Shown here one piece after another: positions 30,221 to 40,338 of a stretch of 64,000 nucleotides of DNA (positions are counted from its first letter, which is position 1; each line of letters opens with the position of its first letter). A model generated the notes under the pieces. That model did no database searches, was not told where the DNA came from, and was given only the letters and a program-made list of their open reading frames with translations. Where the stretch lies: assembly GCA_038727515.1 (NCBI GenBank), contig JAVYVS010000001.1:416001-480000 (forward strand), written 5' to 3'. The position numbers and the translations under genes were made by a program. This DNA is from Candidatus Methanomethylicia archaeon. GTDB taxonomy: Archaea > Thermoproteota > Methanomethylicia > Culexarchaeales > Culexarchaeaceae.

Positions 30221-31177
30221 CTATTTCACATAATTTTTTATGAATCCTATACCTTCAATATTAACTTCAACAATATCGCCACTTTTAAGGAATACTGGTG
30301 GATTCCTTCTAAAACCAACACCACTAGGTGTACCAGTCAATATAACATCACCAGGCATTAAAGTCATATCCTGCGATAAATGATTAATTAAATCTTCAAC
30401 TCCAAAAATCATATCATCCACATATGAATCTTGCATAACAACATTATTTAAAATAGTTTTAATCCTAAACTTCCTCCAATCATTGACAAAGTCACCTAGC
30501 AATATTCCAGGACCCATTGGGCAAAATGTATCAAGAGATTTACTTCTAAAGAATTGATGAATTGAATCCATAAATTCTATATCTCTAGCTGTAACATCAT
30601 TTGCAATCGTGTAACCTAAAACATAATTTAAAGCTTCACTTCGAGATACATATTTACATTTCTTACCAATAACTATTACGAGTTCACCTTCAAAATCAAT
30701 TTGATTAGAGATTTTAGGAAGAATTATATCATCATAAGGACCAATAATTGAAGTTACAGCCTTAGTAAATACAATAGGCGCTTTAGGAATCTTAGATCCT
30801 GTTTCCTCTACGTGACGTCTATAATTCAATCCTATACCCATAAGTTTACCTGGATTGGGGACTGGAGCATGAAGTTTAACTTCATTCAAATTATATGTAA
30901 CACCCTTAACACCAATAAAATTCTTTAAATAATCACGGATTTCATATAGCAATGGCACTATATCTAAACCCCTATTTATAAGAGACATAATGTTTCTAGG
31001 CATAATTTTATATGATCTACGTTTAGCCTCAATAGCGCTAAAACCTTTATCTAAGAGAAGCCTCTGATAAGCAGCATTCAAATCTACAATAATATCATCC
31101 ATTAAAAGTCCTGAAGAAGCCCTATTTAAATCAGGTGTGGAGAAGGATACTATTAACATTTTAACACCAATAAACAT
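30221..31177 (-). CDS. Fumarylacetoacetate hydrolase family protein
   Basis: GLNYRRH, DFEGEL, ANDVTARD, SKSLDTFCPMGP, TGTPSGVG. Confidence 0.92.
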   Translation of the reverse strand: MFIGVKMLIVSFSTPDLNRASSGLLMDDIIVDLNAAYQRLLLDKGFSAIEAKRRSYKIMPRNIMSLINRGLDIVPLLYEIRDYLKNFIGVKGVTYNLNEVKLHAPVPNPGKLMGIGLNYRRHVEETGSKIPKAPIVFTKAVTSIIGPYDDIILPKISNQIDFEGELVIVIGKKCKYVSRSEALNYVLGYTIANDVTARDIEFMDSIHQFFRSKSLDTFCPMGPGILLGDFVNDWRKFRIKTILNNVVMQDSYVDDMIFGVEDLINHLSQDMTLMPGDVILTGTPSGVGFRRNPPVFLKSGDIVEVNIEGIGFIKNYVK

Positions 31178-31223
31178 AGCATACTAAAATTAATAACCAT
31201 TACCATTCTAAATCAAAATATAA

Positions 31224-32366
31224 TTAATTACCATACAATTTTGAATACTCAAAGAACATAACGAAGATGATTAATAATGATATGAAAACGAAAATTGATA
31301 AACACATATATGAGAAATCTAAACCATAAATATTTGCGAGAAAACTTGTTAAAACTGATGAAGCAGAACCTAAAGAGAAATTTATGCAAAAGAATAATCC
31401 ATAAACATATCCCCTAGCTTCTAAATCCACAAGTTCACTTTGAAGTTTTGTGGATGGGGGTTGATGCGCATAGAATGAAAAACCATAAAGTAAAACTCCA
31501 ATTAATGTAAATATATTGTTTACACCACCAAATACTATAAACATTAAACTTATGAAAACCATTATAAAACTTGTTAAAAGAGCTTTAATAGAGTTGGAAT
31601 AATCAGCAATATAACCTCCAAAAATCTGTCCTAAAACTCCAGCAAGAAGAGATAGAGACATTATTAAAGCAGCATTGGAAGTATCAAAACCTCTAAATAT
31701 AAGTAGTGAAGGTAGGTATAGTTCTAAACCACGGGAAGATAAACCTAGAAAAATTGAGAAGAGAATTATCCATTTAATTCTACCATAAGGAATATGTATT
31801 TTCGATTTAAAATTAACATTTATAGAGCCACCACCATAAAATGCCAATGAAATAATCATGGAAGCAATACCTAAAGTAACGAGAGAAAACCTCCAATTAA
31901 GAATATTAGAAATATAAACAGATATGATTGGTATAAAAGCAGAACAAAAACTTCCACCTAAACCATGTAAACCCATAATTTTACCCATATCTTCAGGATA
32001 ATCTTCAGAAATCAATTTATTAGCTATTGGATGATAAAGACTAGCCCAAAGAGAATTTAAAGCTAGAAATAATGCAAAAAGATAAACATTTAAATTAAAT
32101 AGTAGAGGTATCATGAAAACCCCAGAAAGAAATAAACTAAGGAAAATTATCTGCCCACTTTTAAACTTCATGGATAGAGGTCCAGCAAATATAGATCCAA
32201 AACCATAAAGGAAATAGGATAAAGAAATCACATAACCCATATCATAAATCTCAATTCCAAGTGATTTAGAAATATCATTAAGTAGTACAGGTATAGCTAA
32301 TAGAAAGCTATGATTAAGTGCATGAGCTAAACCAAGTAATATAATCTTCATCCAAATCATATACAT
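31224..32366 (-). CDS. MFS transporter
   Basis: ~12 hydrophobic segments, YHP motif, GGYIAD. Confidence 0.8.
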   Translation of the reverse strand: MYMIWMKIILLGLAHALNHSFLLAIPVLLNDISKSLGIEIYDMGYVISLSYFLYGFGSIFAGPLSMKFKSGQIIFLSLFLSGVFMIPLLFNLNVYLFALFLALNSLWASLYHPIANKLISEDYPEDMGKIMGLHGLGGSFCSAFIPIISVYISNILNWRFSLVTLGIASMIISLAFYGGGSINVNFKSKIHIPYGRIKWIILFSIFLGLSSRGLELYLPSLLIFRGFDTSNAALIMSLSLLAGVLGQIFGGYIADYSNSIKALLTSFIMVFISLMFIVFGGVNNIFTLIGVLLYGFSFYAHQPPSTKLQSELVDLEARGYVYGLFFCINFSLGSASSVLTSFLANIYGLDFSYMCLSIFVFISLLIIFVMFFEYSKLYGN

Positions 32367-32427
32367 CGCTTAAACAATGATGATTAGATACTAAATATAA
32401 AGATTTAAATTTATCTAAAATTGGAAA

Positions 32428-33378
32428 TTATATTCCGATTTTACCAATAAATTTCATAACATCCAATAACTCTTTACTTAAACTCTCATCCCTCTCAGAT
32501 TTACCAAAAACATTTAAAGAATATGTTTGAACTTTATATGCACTCTTCATAAATAATGGAATAGCACCAGCGAAGGATGGAATTAAACCACCAATAAACC
32601 CTAATATGGGCATTGAGAAAATTAAACCAGAAATTAACCCTATAAAACCGCCAGCAAATATTAATCCAATACCAAGGAAAAATGAGAACGTCCTATGGAA
32701 AGTTGAAACAATATATTGCCCATATAGAACTTCACCATTAACTGCATCAACAAATCCATTAAAGGAGTAATCCCTATAGCTATATTTAAATTCCCATATT
32801 GGATAGTGTACAAGTCCATCACATCTACTATCAATCTTAGCTTCAATACTTCTACCAGAAAGATCAAGCTCCCTAGAAAATCTAAGATAAAGTTTTGATT
32901 TAGCAATATTTTCAAGTTCATCCCTAGAGATTGTTGGCGAATAAAATACAGCATCTCTAATTATTTGAGGTTTAAAGTAAACTTTACCTCTAACTGGAAA
33001 CATATATTCTTGTGGTATTGGTATTGGAGAAATCTTAAATGCAGGTAGAGCTAGATAATCAACTTCTAAAACATCTATTCCACTACCATGAGCTTTACCT
33101 TCAACATAAAATACATATAAAGGAATATAATGTAAAACTCTATTAACCAAATTCAATTGTAAACTAAAATCCTTAGGAACACCAAACTGTCTAGATAAAA
33201 TATATTTTAATCGTTCATAAGCTCTTTGAGCATCATAAATTGCTGGATAAAAATAGTGTTCAACATCAAGCCTTCCAATACCAATATTCACTGTAAAACC
33301 ACAATATGGACATGTAACTATAGTTACACCTTCAGGAACATTAAAATTTCCCCCACAATTATTACACGTGTAATTCAA
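32428..33378 (-). CDS. Zn-ribbon membrane protein (YdjG-like), paralog 2
   Basis: CNNCGG...CPYCG, YIPLY, HYPIW, VDAVNGE, two C-terminal TMs. Confidence 0.7.
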   Translation of the reverse strand: MNYTCNNCGGNFNVPEGVTIVTCPYCGFTVNIGIGRLDVEHYFYPAIYDAQRAYERLKYILSRQFGVPKDFSLQLNLVNRVLHYIPLYVFYVEGKAHGSGIDVLEVDYLALPAFKISPIPIPQEYMFPVRGKVYFKPQIIRDAVFYSPTISRDELENIAKSKLYLRFSRELDLSGRSIEAKIDSRCDGLVHYPIWEFKYSYRDYSFNGFVDAVNGEVLYGQYIVSTFHRTFSFFLGIGLIFAGGFIGLISGLIFSMPILGFIGGLIPSFAGAIPLFMKSAYKVQTYSLNVFGKSERDESLSKELLDVMKFIGKIGI

Positions 33379-34367
33379 AGTTTAACCCCCTCAATTCTAA
33401 CATCACTAACAAGTTTTTTACCAAAAAACCAACTAACAATGCATCCAGCAATTAACCCAAGAATGCTAAAAATGGGATCTACACCCCAACTGAATAATGA
33501 AGTAAATCCAAAAGCAGAAATTAAACATCCAGATAATACTCCAGCGAAATATTGTAGTCTATGATATATCATAACAGGTTCTTGAGCTAAAAGCATATGT
33601 TTATCCCAACCAGCATAAGCAACTCTATATATTGAATCACCATAACTATAAATAACATACCAATATGGTAAAAGTATTATTGGTGATTTCTCAAGTATTT
33701 TAGTGCTACAAACAAATTTTGTTAATTCATCAACTTTAGAAGAAATTTTACTACGCATAATATCTCCAGCATCATCTCTAGCAATCATAGAAGCTTCATC
33801 TACACCAATTTCAGAACGTAGAAAAGTCATCTTAAGATCTCTAAAATTCTTAAAATCACTAATGGGCACAGCCTTAGGATTACTATACTTGTAATGTGAA
33901 GCTAATTCATTTAATGAAAAATCTTCTGCACTACGTCTACCTAAAATTGGAACTTTCAAAATTGATGAGAATCTTTCAGAAACCTTTCTCCTCCTAGTTC
34001 TAGTTTGAACACTTCTACCACGGGATTCCACAACCCTCTCAGTTTTCCAACCTTCATAAAATCCTTCAACTTTAATGGAGAAGAAATAAAATGGAATATA
34101 AAAGCCAGCTACCTCTACAATTTGAATTTTATTTGCAATTCGTTTTAAATCAAAATCTTCAGAAACTCTAGTTAGGAAACTCTTTAAAATCTCATCTCTA
34201 CTTACTGATGGAACAATCATTATCTCTTCACTAGATTCTACAAACCAATTTGGAGTGCCACAATAACTACATATAGCTACTAAAGTTTCAGGTGTAACAT
34301 CTAGTTTTCCACCACAATTCTTACATTTAAATTCTATAGCAATATTAGATGACATAATATTTCCCAA
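33375..34367 (-). CDS. Zn-ribbon membrane protein (YdjG-like), paralog 1
   Basis: CKNCGG...CSYCG, YIPFY, LLPYW, two C-terminal TMs. Confidence 0.7.
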   Translation of the reverse strand: MGNIMSSNIAIEFKCKNCGGKLDVTPETLVAICSYCGTPNWFVESSEEIMIVPSVSRDEILKSFLTRVSEDFDLKRIANKIQIVEVAGFYIPFYFFSIKVEGFYEGWKTERVVESRGRSVQTRTRRRKVSERFSSILKVPILGRRSAEDFSLNELASHYKYSNPKAVPISDFKNFRDLKMTFLRSEIGVDEASMIARDDAGDIMRSKISSKVDELTKFVCSTKILEKSPIILLPYWYVIYSYGDSIYRVAYAGWDKHMLLAQEPVMIYHRLQYFAGVLSGCLISAFGFTSLFSWGVDPIFSILGLIAGCIVSWFFGKKLVSDVRIEGVKL

Positions 34368-34374
34368 GCTTTAT

Positions 34375-35403
34375 CTACTTTAATTCTTCACCACATATTG
34401 TACAAAACTTTGCATCTTCAGTGGATATATGAGATTTTGAACACCATTTAACCTTTCTACCACAATATGGACAGAAATTAGCTCCCAATGGAACTTGCTT
34501 ACCACAATATGGACATACTGCAAATGCTGCTGGAGCAATAGGTGCAGTTGTAGGTGTTGGTTGTGCTGTAGGAACTTGAACTGGCGGTGGAGGCTGCATT
34601 AATGGTGGAATAATAACCATTCCAGTTCCAATACCAGCACCAGGACTTTTACCAATTTCCTTAGCAACCTCCTTTACAGTTTCCATTTGTAAAACATAGC
34701 CTGTTTGAACTCCACCACGCATCATCCAGAATAATCTATCACGCCAAGGACCTTCAGTATCAATACCCTCAAAAACAATGCTTTCAAGGGAAACACCAAT
34801 TTCTTTAAAATCTCTACGTAGAATCATGGTTGCACGTTCAGTAACTTCTGTTTGCTTCATATAAACATCTTGAATACTTGTGGAGCTTAGAAAAGCCATT
34901 ATTTTACTATTAAAGTATCCCCTCAAATAATCATTTAATTCATCAGTTGTAAAAACAGATTGTGGACCAACAACCTTATTTACAAATAAACTTGGATCTT
35001 CAATTCTAAAATAGAAGCTTCCATGGAAGAGTAATGGTGCAAGTTCAATAGTTTGAGTTCTACCACCAAATTTACCTTGAAAACGTCTTAATGAAATATA
35101 TATTATCATGCATCTGAATATGTTTTCACCATATAATCCCTCTACTAATCCACCAAGGAATGGGACATTCTGAGTATCCAATACATGTCTACCAGCACCC
35201 AAAACACCATAAAGCTTTCCATCACGATAGAATAATGCATTCTCAAATTCTTTAACAACCACTACACTACCCCAAGGTATAACTTCATCAGGATACTTCC
35301 AAACTATCTCAGTATCACCTGGATTAACCCATTCAATCAACTTAGGCTTCAAACCAGAAGCTCTAGCAATCTTACCAACACCCTTACCGAAAATATTCGC
35401 CAT
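34375..35403 (-). CDS. SPFH/band-7 protein with C-terminal double zinc ribbon (YdjI-like)
   Basis: IVWKYP, VVKEFENALFYRDGK, GRHVLDTQNVP; Pro-rich linker; CPYCG..FCPYCG..FCTICG. Confidence 0.85.
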   Translation of the reverse strand: MANIFGKGVGKIARASGLKPKLIEWVNPGDTEIVWKYPDEVIPWGSVVVVKEFENALFYRDGKLYGVLGAGRHVLDTQNVPFLGGLVEGLYGENIFRCMIIYISLRRFQGKFGGRTQTIELAPLLFHGSFYFRIEDPSLFVNKVVGPQSVFTTDELNDYLRGYFNSKIMAFLSSTSIQDVYMKQTEVTERATMILRRDFKEIGVSLESIVFEGIDTEGPWRDRLFWMMRGGVQTGYVLQMETVKEVAKEIGKSPGAGIGTGMVIIPPLMQPPPPVQVPTAQPTPTTAPIAPAAFAVCPYCGKQVPLGANFCPYCGRKVKWCSKSHISTEDAKFCTICGEELK

Positions 35404-35414
35404 TAAAACACCTC

Positions 35415-35921
35415 CTACATACCCCTCAAAATTTTAAACCTCTTATCTAAAACATCATTAACCTTAGCTATATTATCGTTTATCTTACTAATCAATTCAG
35501 ATTTAATAGTTGAAGTAGAAGCTGAATCTCTAATACTCTTAGATAAATCCAGTATATCATTAACTATAGATACAAGTTCTTCATCACAACTCTTCATCCT
35601 CTCTAAATCGGGAATATCAACTTTAACAATATTATAATGTGGAGCATAACCAGATTCTGCAAACTTTAATTTATCACAAATCAACCTAACATTGGAAGCC
35701 AAAACATTAATTTTCCTCGCTAAGGTAAAATCAAATTCACTTATAATAGATGCAGCATCCTCCAAATAATTTTTAGCATCAGTAAGAAGCTTAACTAAAT
35801 AATTTCTTAGAAGTCTATCATCTTCACGTATAAGCTCCCTCTTCTTATAACCACTAAAGCCAGGAACATAAAGCTCCAATTTCTCAAGCCAAGTAAACTT
35901 CTTAGACAAAATGTACACCAA
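35415..35921 (-). CDS. Hypothetical all-helical protein
   Basis: VPGFSGYKKRELIREDDRLLR, GYAP; first gene of the SPFH operon. Confidence 0.75.
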   Translation of the reverse strand: MVYILSKKFTWLEKLELYVPGFSGYKKRELIREDDRLLRNYLVKLLTDAKNYLEDAASIISEFDFTLARKINVLASNVRLICDKLKFAESGYAPHYNIVKVDIPDLERMKSCDEELVSIVNDILDLSKSIRDSASTSTIKSELISKINDNIAKVNDVLDKRFKILRGM

Positions 35922-36000
35922 AAATAAAATATGTTGTATAAATAAAAATGTTTCATAAATTTGATAAAATCACAGTAATCTCATCTACAATCAAAATAAT

Positions 36001-36843
36001 TTAATCATACTTAAATAATGTCCCTAATAGAAAGAGTAATCCAATTATAGAAATAATTACATTAACATGATTATCCAAAATGCTTTTAATCAAACGATTC
36101 TGAACATAAATATCCATTATTGGATAATGCAGTGCATAATGATAACACTCTATCCTCAGAGAATTATAATCGATAGTCAAATCCCAAAAGGATATTTCTT
36201 CAGATTCAACATAATATTCATTAACAATAGTTGAAACATCATATCTAATCCCCCCTTTACAGATCAAAGTGTAGGGGGGTGTAATATTCATTTTATTTTC
36301 GATCTGCATCAAATCAAAACTTAAATATCTAAATTCTAAATTATCACCGGATGTACTAAGTTCAAGCCTATATACTTCTGCTTCCATGCCATCTTTTATC
36401 AAAATAATTTTAAACATGTATGAAAGTGATTCAATATTGATTTCAGATAACTTAACTAAACCTATAGAGTCAGGGTTAATGCTGAAAAGATAACTCACAT
36501 GTATATACAACTTAACACTGCTCCTATTTAGATGATGAAGTAGAAGGACTGCTGATGGATTACCATAAACTACATTTGAAAAATTTTTAGAAGAATCAAT
36601 ATAACAAGAAATATATGCTCCTCTATCAATATATGGACTAAGACTAACACAAGACGTACGAAATGAGTAAAAATTTTCCTCTATAATTTTGCCATTAATT
36701 TCAAGTTCAGGGCGTACCTGTAAACTAAATTTTATGTTATAAGGAAAAAATGATGATGGTATTAAGTAGAAGAAAAGACCACCAAATATCAATGAAAAAC
36801 TTAATATAAACTTACAATTCCTCTTTTTAACTTTAGAATTCAT
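36001..36843 (-). CDS. Hypothetical membrane-anchored protein
   Basis: 280-aa ORF with hydrophobic N- and C-terminal segments; no recognised motif. Confidence 0.55.
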   Translation of the reverse strand: MNSKVKKRNCKFILSFSLIFGGLFFYLIPSSFFPYNIKFSLQVRPELEINGKIIEENFYSFRTSCVSLSPYIDRGAYISCYIDSSKNFSNVVYGNPSAVLLLHHLNRSSVKLYIHVSYLFSINPDSIGLVKLSEINIESLSYMFKIILIKDGMEAEVYRLELSTSGDNLEFRYLSFDLMQIENKMNITPPYTLICKGGIRYDVSTIVNEYYVESEEISFWDLTIDYNSLRIECYHYALHYPIMDIYVQNRLIKSILDNHVNVIISIIGLLFLLGTLFKYD

Positions 36844-36883
36844 ACTAAAAAGTAAGAAATAGATAAATAATAAACTTTCTCAA

Positions 36884-37114
36884 TTAACCTCCACCTATGA
36901 TTGGCATTAATGCTACAGTATCATCATCATCTACTATGGAATCCAAACTTCCAGCAACATTATTAATCAATATTATTATTTTATTCTGAATATCAGAGGG
37001 TATATTAATGATGTCTTTAAGCTTCTTTGGAGAATCTAATTTGAATTCGATTACACCACCACTTATATATTTCGTTAAAAATCCAATTGCAATCAATTTT
37101 ATCATATTCTTCAC
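36884..37114 (-). CDS. MoaD/ThiS ubiquitin-like sulfur carrier
   Basis: C-terminal PIIGGG, 76 aa, overlaps AOR stop. Confidence 0.85.
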   Translation of the reverse strand: MKNMIKLIAIGFLTKYISGGVIEFKLDSPKKLKDIINIPSDIQNKIIILINNVAGSLDSIVDDDDTVALMPIIGGG

Positions 37115-38943
37115 TCTGAAAGTTTTACAATTCCTTCCAACGTTTTTATAGTGAAGTCTAATTTAAGTTCTTTCAAAGTAGACTTCTTTGGTATCCCATT
37201 TAGATCCCAGCCACGTTTAGCATAATAAAGATCAAGCATGGAATTCCATTTATCCCAATCCAATTTACTTCCAGCTAGCGGACCCTTAGTTAATGGTTCT
37301 TTAAACCATCTTTTTGGTGGAGTATCCATTTTCCTACTCCAATTTAAACCATACTCTCTAATCCAGAAAGCTCTAATTAAAGTGTAAATTCTATCAGCAA
37401 CTGTGAATATATCATTTAGAGTCATGGAAACTCCGGTGGCAGCTTCAAGAAACTTTGGGTACCAATTAACATCTAATCCAAGTTCAATCCATGGAAATCT
37501 ACACGTCACAAGACTTTCAAACATTCCACCTCTAATCCTCTGTAATTCAATGAGTTTATCCACTTTACCCTCACTATAATCAAACCTACCAGTTTTAACT
37601 TCCCATGAAATAATCCAAGCATCTTTATGATGAGCACCAATAGGTGAAGTTCCATAGGCAAGAGCCATACCAGGAGCTGCATGACAATCATATGCAGAAA
37701 CCTCTAAACCTTTAATATGCATAGCCCAATCTTCAGATTCAAAGCCAATCTTCATAGACATTCTATAAACACCTTCAGCAATGAAATCTCCTAAACCACG
37801 TCTATAAGCAGTATCAGTAATCAAAGATTTTGAAATATCAAAATCACCCCATTCAACCTTCTCCTTTATAAGCTTCTTTTCAGAAGCTTCCATAATAAAG
37901 CCTAGAGCATTACCCATAGATATAGTGTCCAATCCAAGTTCATCACACATCCTATTTAATACTCCAACCTTCTGTATATCCCCTAAACCAATATTAGAAC
38001 TAAGCATTGTAACATTCTCATAATCTAATTCTGATAATTTACCTTCGTAATCTCCAATAACATTTCCACAAGTCATAACGCAATTTGGACAACCACGCCT
38101 AAGCTTCTTAAATTTCTCCATAGCATATCCATCAACACTCTTAGCATAATCAAAAACTCCCTCCCTAAAGTTATATGTAGGTAGAGTACTATTCATTTGA
38201 CACCATTCAACAGTAGCCATAGTCCCCTGCCTAATCCAAAAATCATAACCTTCAGATTTAATTAGGAAATTGGAAGCTTCTCTACCAAGTTCATTCAACT
38301 TCTTTTCATCATGAACAGGTATATTACCAGTACCCTTTAAAACCACAGCTTTAAGTTTCTTTGAACCCATAACTGCACCCATACCAGGCCTACCACCAGA
38401 CCTACCCTCTTGAGAAACTACAGTTGCAAATTTAACCAAATTTTCCCCTGCAGGTCCAATACTTAAAATTCCACATTCATCACCATGAATAGACTTCAAC
38501 TTTTCTTCAACATCAAAAGTTTTTAAACCCCATAGATCCGTAGCATCATTAAATTCTACACGTCCATCCTCAATGTATAGATATACAGGTTTATCGGCTA
38601 AACCCTCAATTACAATAGCATCAATACCACAACGTCTAAGGTGTATAGCAGCTTTAGAGCCGAGATTTCCATCACCATAACCTCCAGTCAATGGACTTTT
38701 AGCTGCAACAACAAGTTTCCCAGTACTAACGACAGTAAGACCAGTTAATGGTCCTGCAGCAAAAATCAATTTATTCATTGGTGATAAAGGATCTAAACCT
38801 ACTGGGAGTTCATCCCAAAGAATTTTTATTGCAAATCCACGTCCACCAAGGAAATTTAATGCTAGATCTACATCATAACTCTCCGTAACAGCTTTACGTT
38901 TACTTAAATCAATTCTAAGAATTCGACCATTCCAACCCTTCAA
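37111..38943 (-). CDS. aor: Tungsten aldehyde:ferredoxin oxidoreductase family
   Basis: GWNGRILRIDL, KSPLTG, GPAGE, GAVMGSKKLK, CPNCVMTC, DELGLDTIS, YYAKRGWD; start set at TTG 38943 after a GGTGA RBS rather than 39024. Confidence 0.93.
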   Translation of the reverse strand: MKGWNGRILRIDLSKRKAVTESYDVDLALNFLGGRGFAIKILWDELPVGLDPLSPMNKLIFAAGPLTGLTVVSTGKLVVAAKSPLTGGYGDGNLGSKAAIHLRRCGIDAIVIEGLADKPVYLYIEDGRVEFNDATDLWGLKTFDVEEKLKSIHGDECGILSIGPAGENLVKFATVVSQEGRSGGRPGMGAVMGSKKLKAVVLKGTGNIPVHDEKKLNELGREASNFLIKSEGYDFWIRQGTMATVEWCQMNSTLPTYNFREGVFDYAKSVDGYAMEKFKKLRRGCPNCVMTCGNVIGDYEGKLSELDYENVTMLSSNIGLGDIQKVGVLNRMCDELGLDTISMGNALGFIMEASEKKLIKEKVEWGDFDISKSLITDTAYRRGLGDFIAEGVYRMSMKIGFESEDWAMHIKGLEVSAYDCHAAPGMALAYGTSPIGAHHKDAWIISWEVKTGRFDYSEGKVDKLIELQRIRGGMFESLVTCRFPWIELGLDVNWYPKFLEAATGVSMTLNDIFTVADRIYTLIRAFWIREYGLNWSRKMDTPPKRWFKEPLTKGPLAGSKLDWDKWNSMLDLYYAKRGWDLNGIPKKSTLKELKLDFTIKTLEGIVKLSE

Positions 38944-39033
38944 AGGATTCACCAAAATATAATATCGAAATATATTTAAAGAGATTACGCATCTTAAACA
39001 ACCTATATAAACGATATAATGCATAGATAAATT

Positions 39034-40338
39034 ATGATCTTAATGAGCAATAATAAGATTTTAAGGATAGCGGCAACTGGAGATTCATTCATAGCCACAA
39101 GACTCTCATCATATGCAAATCCAAGATTCCTAAAACTAGTGGAAATAATAAGGTCTGCAGATGTTAGATTTACTAATTGTGAAGTATTGATAAATGATTT
39201 TAAGGGATATCCAGCAGTACAAAGTGGGGGAACTTATGCTGGAAATGAAAGTTATATTGCAGATGAATTAAAATGGATGGGCTTTAACATGGTTAGTAGA
39301 GCAAATAATCATGCCATGGATTATAGAGAAATTGGACTTATAGAGACATCTAAAAATCTTGATAGGGTAGGCATAGTCCATGCAGGTGTAGGTATGAATT
39401 TAGGGGAGGCTAGAGAACCAAAATACCTTGAAACACCTAGTGGTAGAGTGGCATTAATCTCGACTGCATCATCATTCCCCATGGAGGCGAGGGCAGGAGA
39501 GGCGAGACCCGATATTCAAGGTAGACCTGGATTAAATCCACTAAGATATACTGTAACCATAGAAGTGCCAGAAGATGCCTTTAAAAATCTAATAAACATA
39601 GCGAAAGTAATGGGATTGGAGGTAAAAGAAGATTCTGAAGAAATAAGGATCTTAGGGCAGAAATTTAAGAAATCCACAAAATACGAAGTGAAATATGAAA
39701 TAAACAAATTAGATTTAGAGGGAAATTTAAAGGCAATAAGAGATGCTAGGAGAATGGCTGATTACGTGATATTCTCAATGCATAGTCATGAAAGGGGTAG
39801 AACACTAGAAGAACCGGCACCATTCATAGAAGAATTCGCTAGAAAATGTATAGATGAAGGTGTAGATGTTTTCATTGGACATGGACCACATATATTGAGG
39901 GGTATAGAGATATACAAGGGTAAACCCATATTCTATAGCTTAGGAAACTTCATATTCCAAAACGATCTAATAAGAAAGCAGCCAGCAGATCTATATGAGA
40001 GATATGAGTTAAAGTGGGATGCAACACCAGCAGATCTATATGATGCAAGAGAAAGAGGTACTCCAGAGTCAATGGTTATGGGATTTAAATGGTTTACAGA
40101 TAAACAAGAATATTGGGAAAGTATATTGGCATACATAACTATAGAAGACACTAGATTAAGAGAGATAAAGATATATCCAGTAGACCTATGTCAATCTATG
40201 AATAGAGCTAATAGAGGTAAACCAATACTAGCTACTGGAGAAAAGGCAAAGAAGATATTAACTGACATGGAAAAGCTCTCGCAAAAATATGGAACAAAGA
40301 TAAAGATTATTGATGAAGTAGGCTATGTAGAACTATGA
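39034..40338 (+). CDS. CapA/PGA_cap family metallophosphoesterase-fold protein
   Basis: TGD, ANNHAMDY, HSHE, GHGPH, YSLGNF. Confidence 0.88.
   Translation: MILMSNNKILRIAATGDSFIATRLSSYANPRFLKLVEIIRSADVRFTNCEVLINDFKGYPAVQSGGTYAGNESYIADELKWMGFNMVSRANNHAMDYREIGLIETSKNLDRVGIVHAGVGMNLGEAREPKYLETPSGRVALISTASSFPMEARAGEARPDIQGRPGLNPLRYTVTIEVPEDAFKNLINIAKVMGLEVKEDSEEIRILGQKFKKSTKYEVKYEINKLDLEGNLKAIRDARRMADYVIFSMHSHERGRTLEEPAPFIEEFARKCIDEGVDVFIGHGPHILRGIEIYKGKPIFYSLGNFIFQNDLIRKQPADLYERYELKWDATPADLYDARERGTPESMVMGFKWFTDKQEYWESILAYITIEDTRLREIKIYPVDLCQSMNRANRGKPILATGEKAKKILTDMEKLSQKYGTKIKIIDEVGYVEL

Noticed and set aside
10735-31177. HpcH aldolase + tautomerase + FAH hydrolase as an aromatic meta-cleavage pathway
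   Set aside because: Genes are 8-12 kb apart, families are promiscuous, and no dioxygenase is present
38944-39024. N-terminal extension of the AOR ORF
   Set aside because: Covers the divergent promoter region; RBS and family N-terminus point to TTG at 38943
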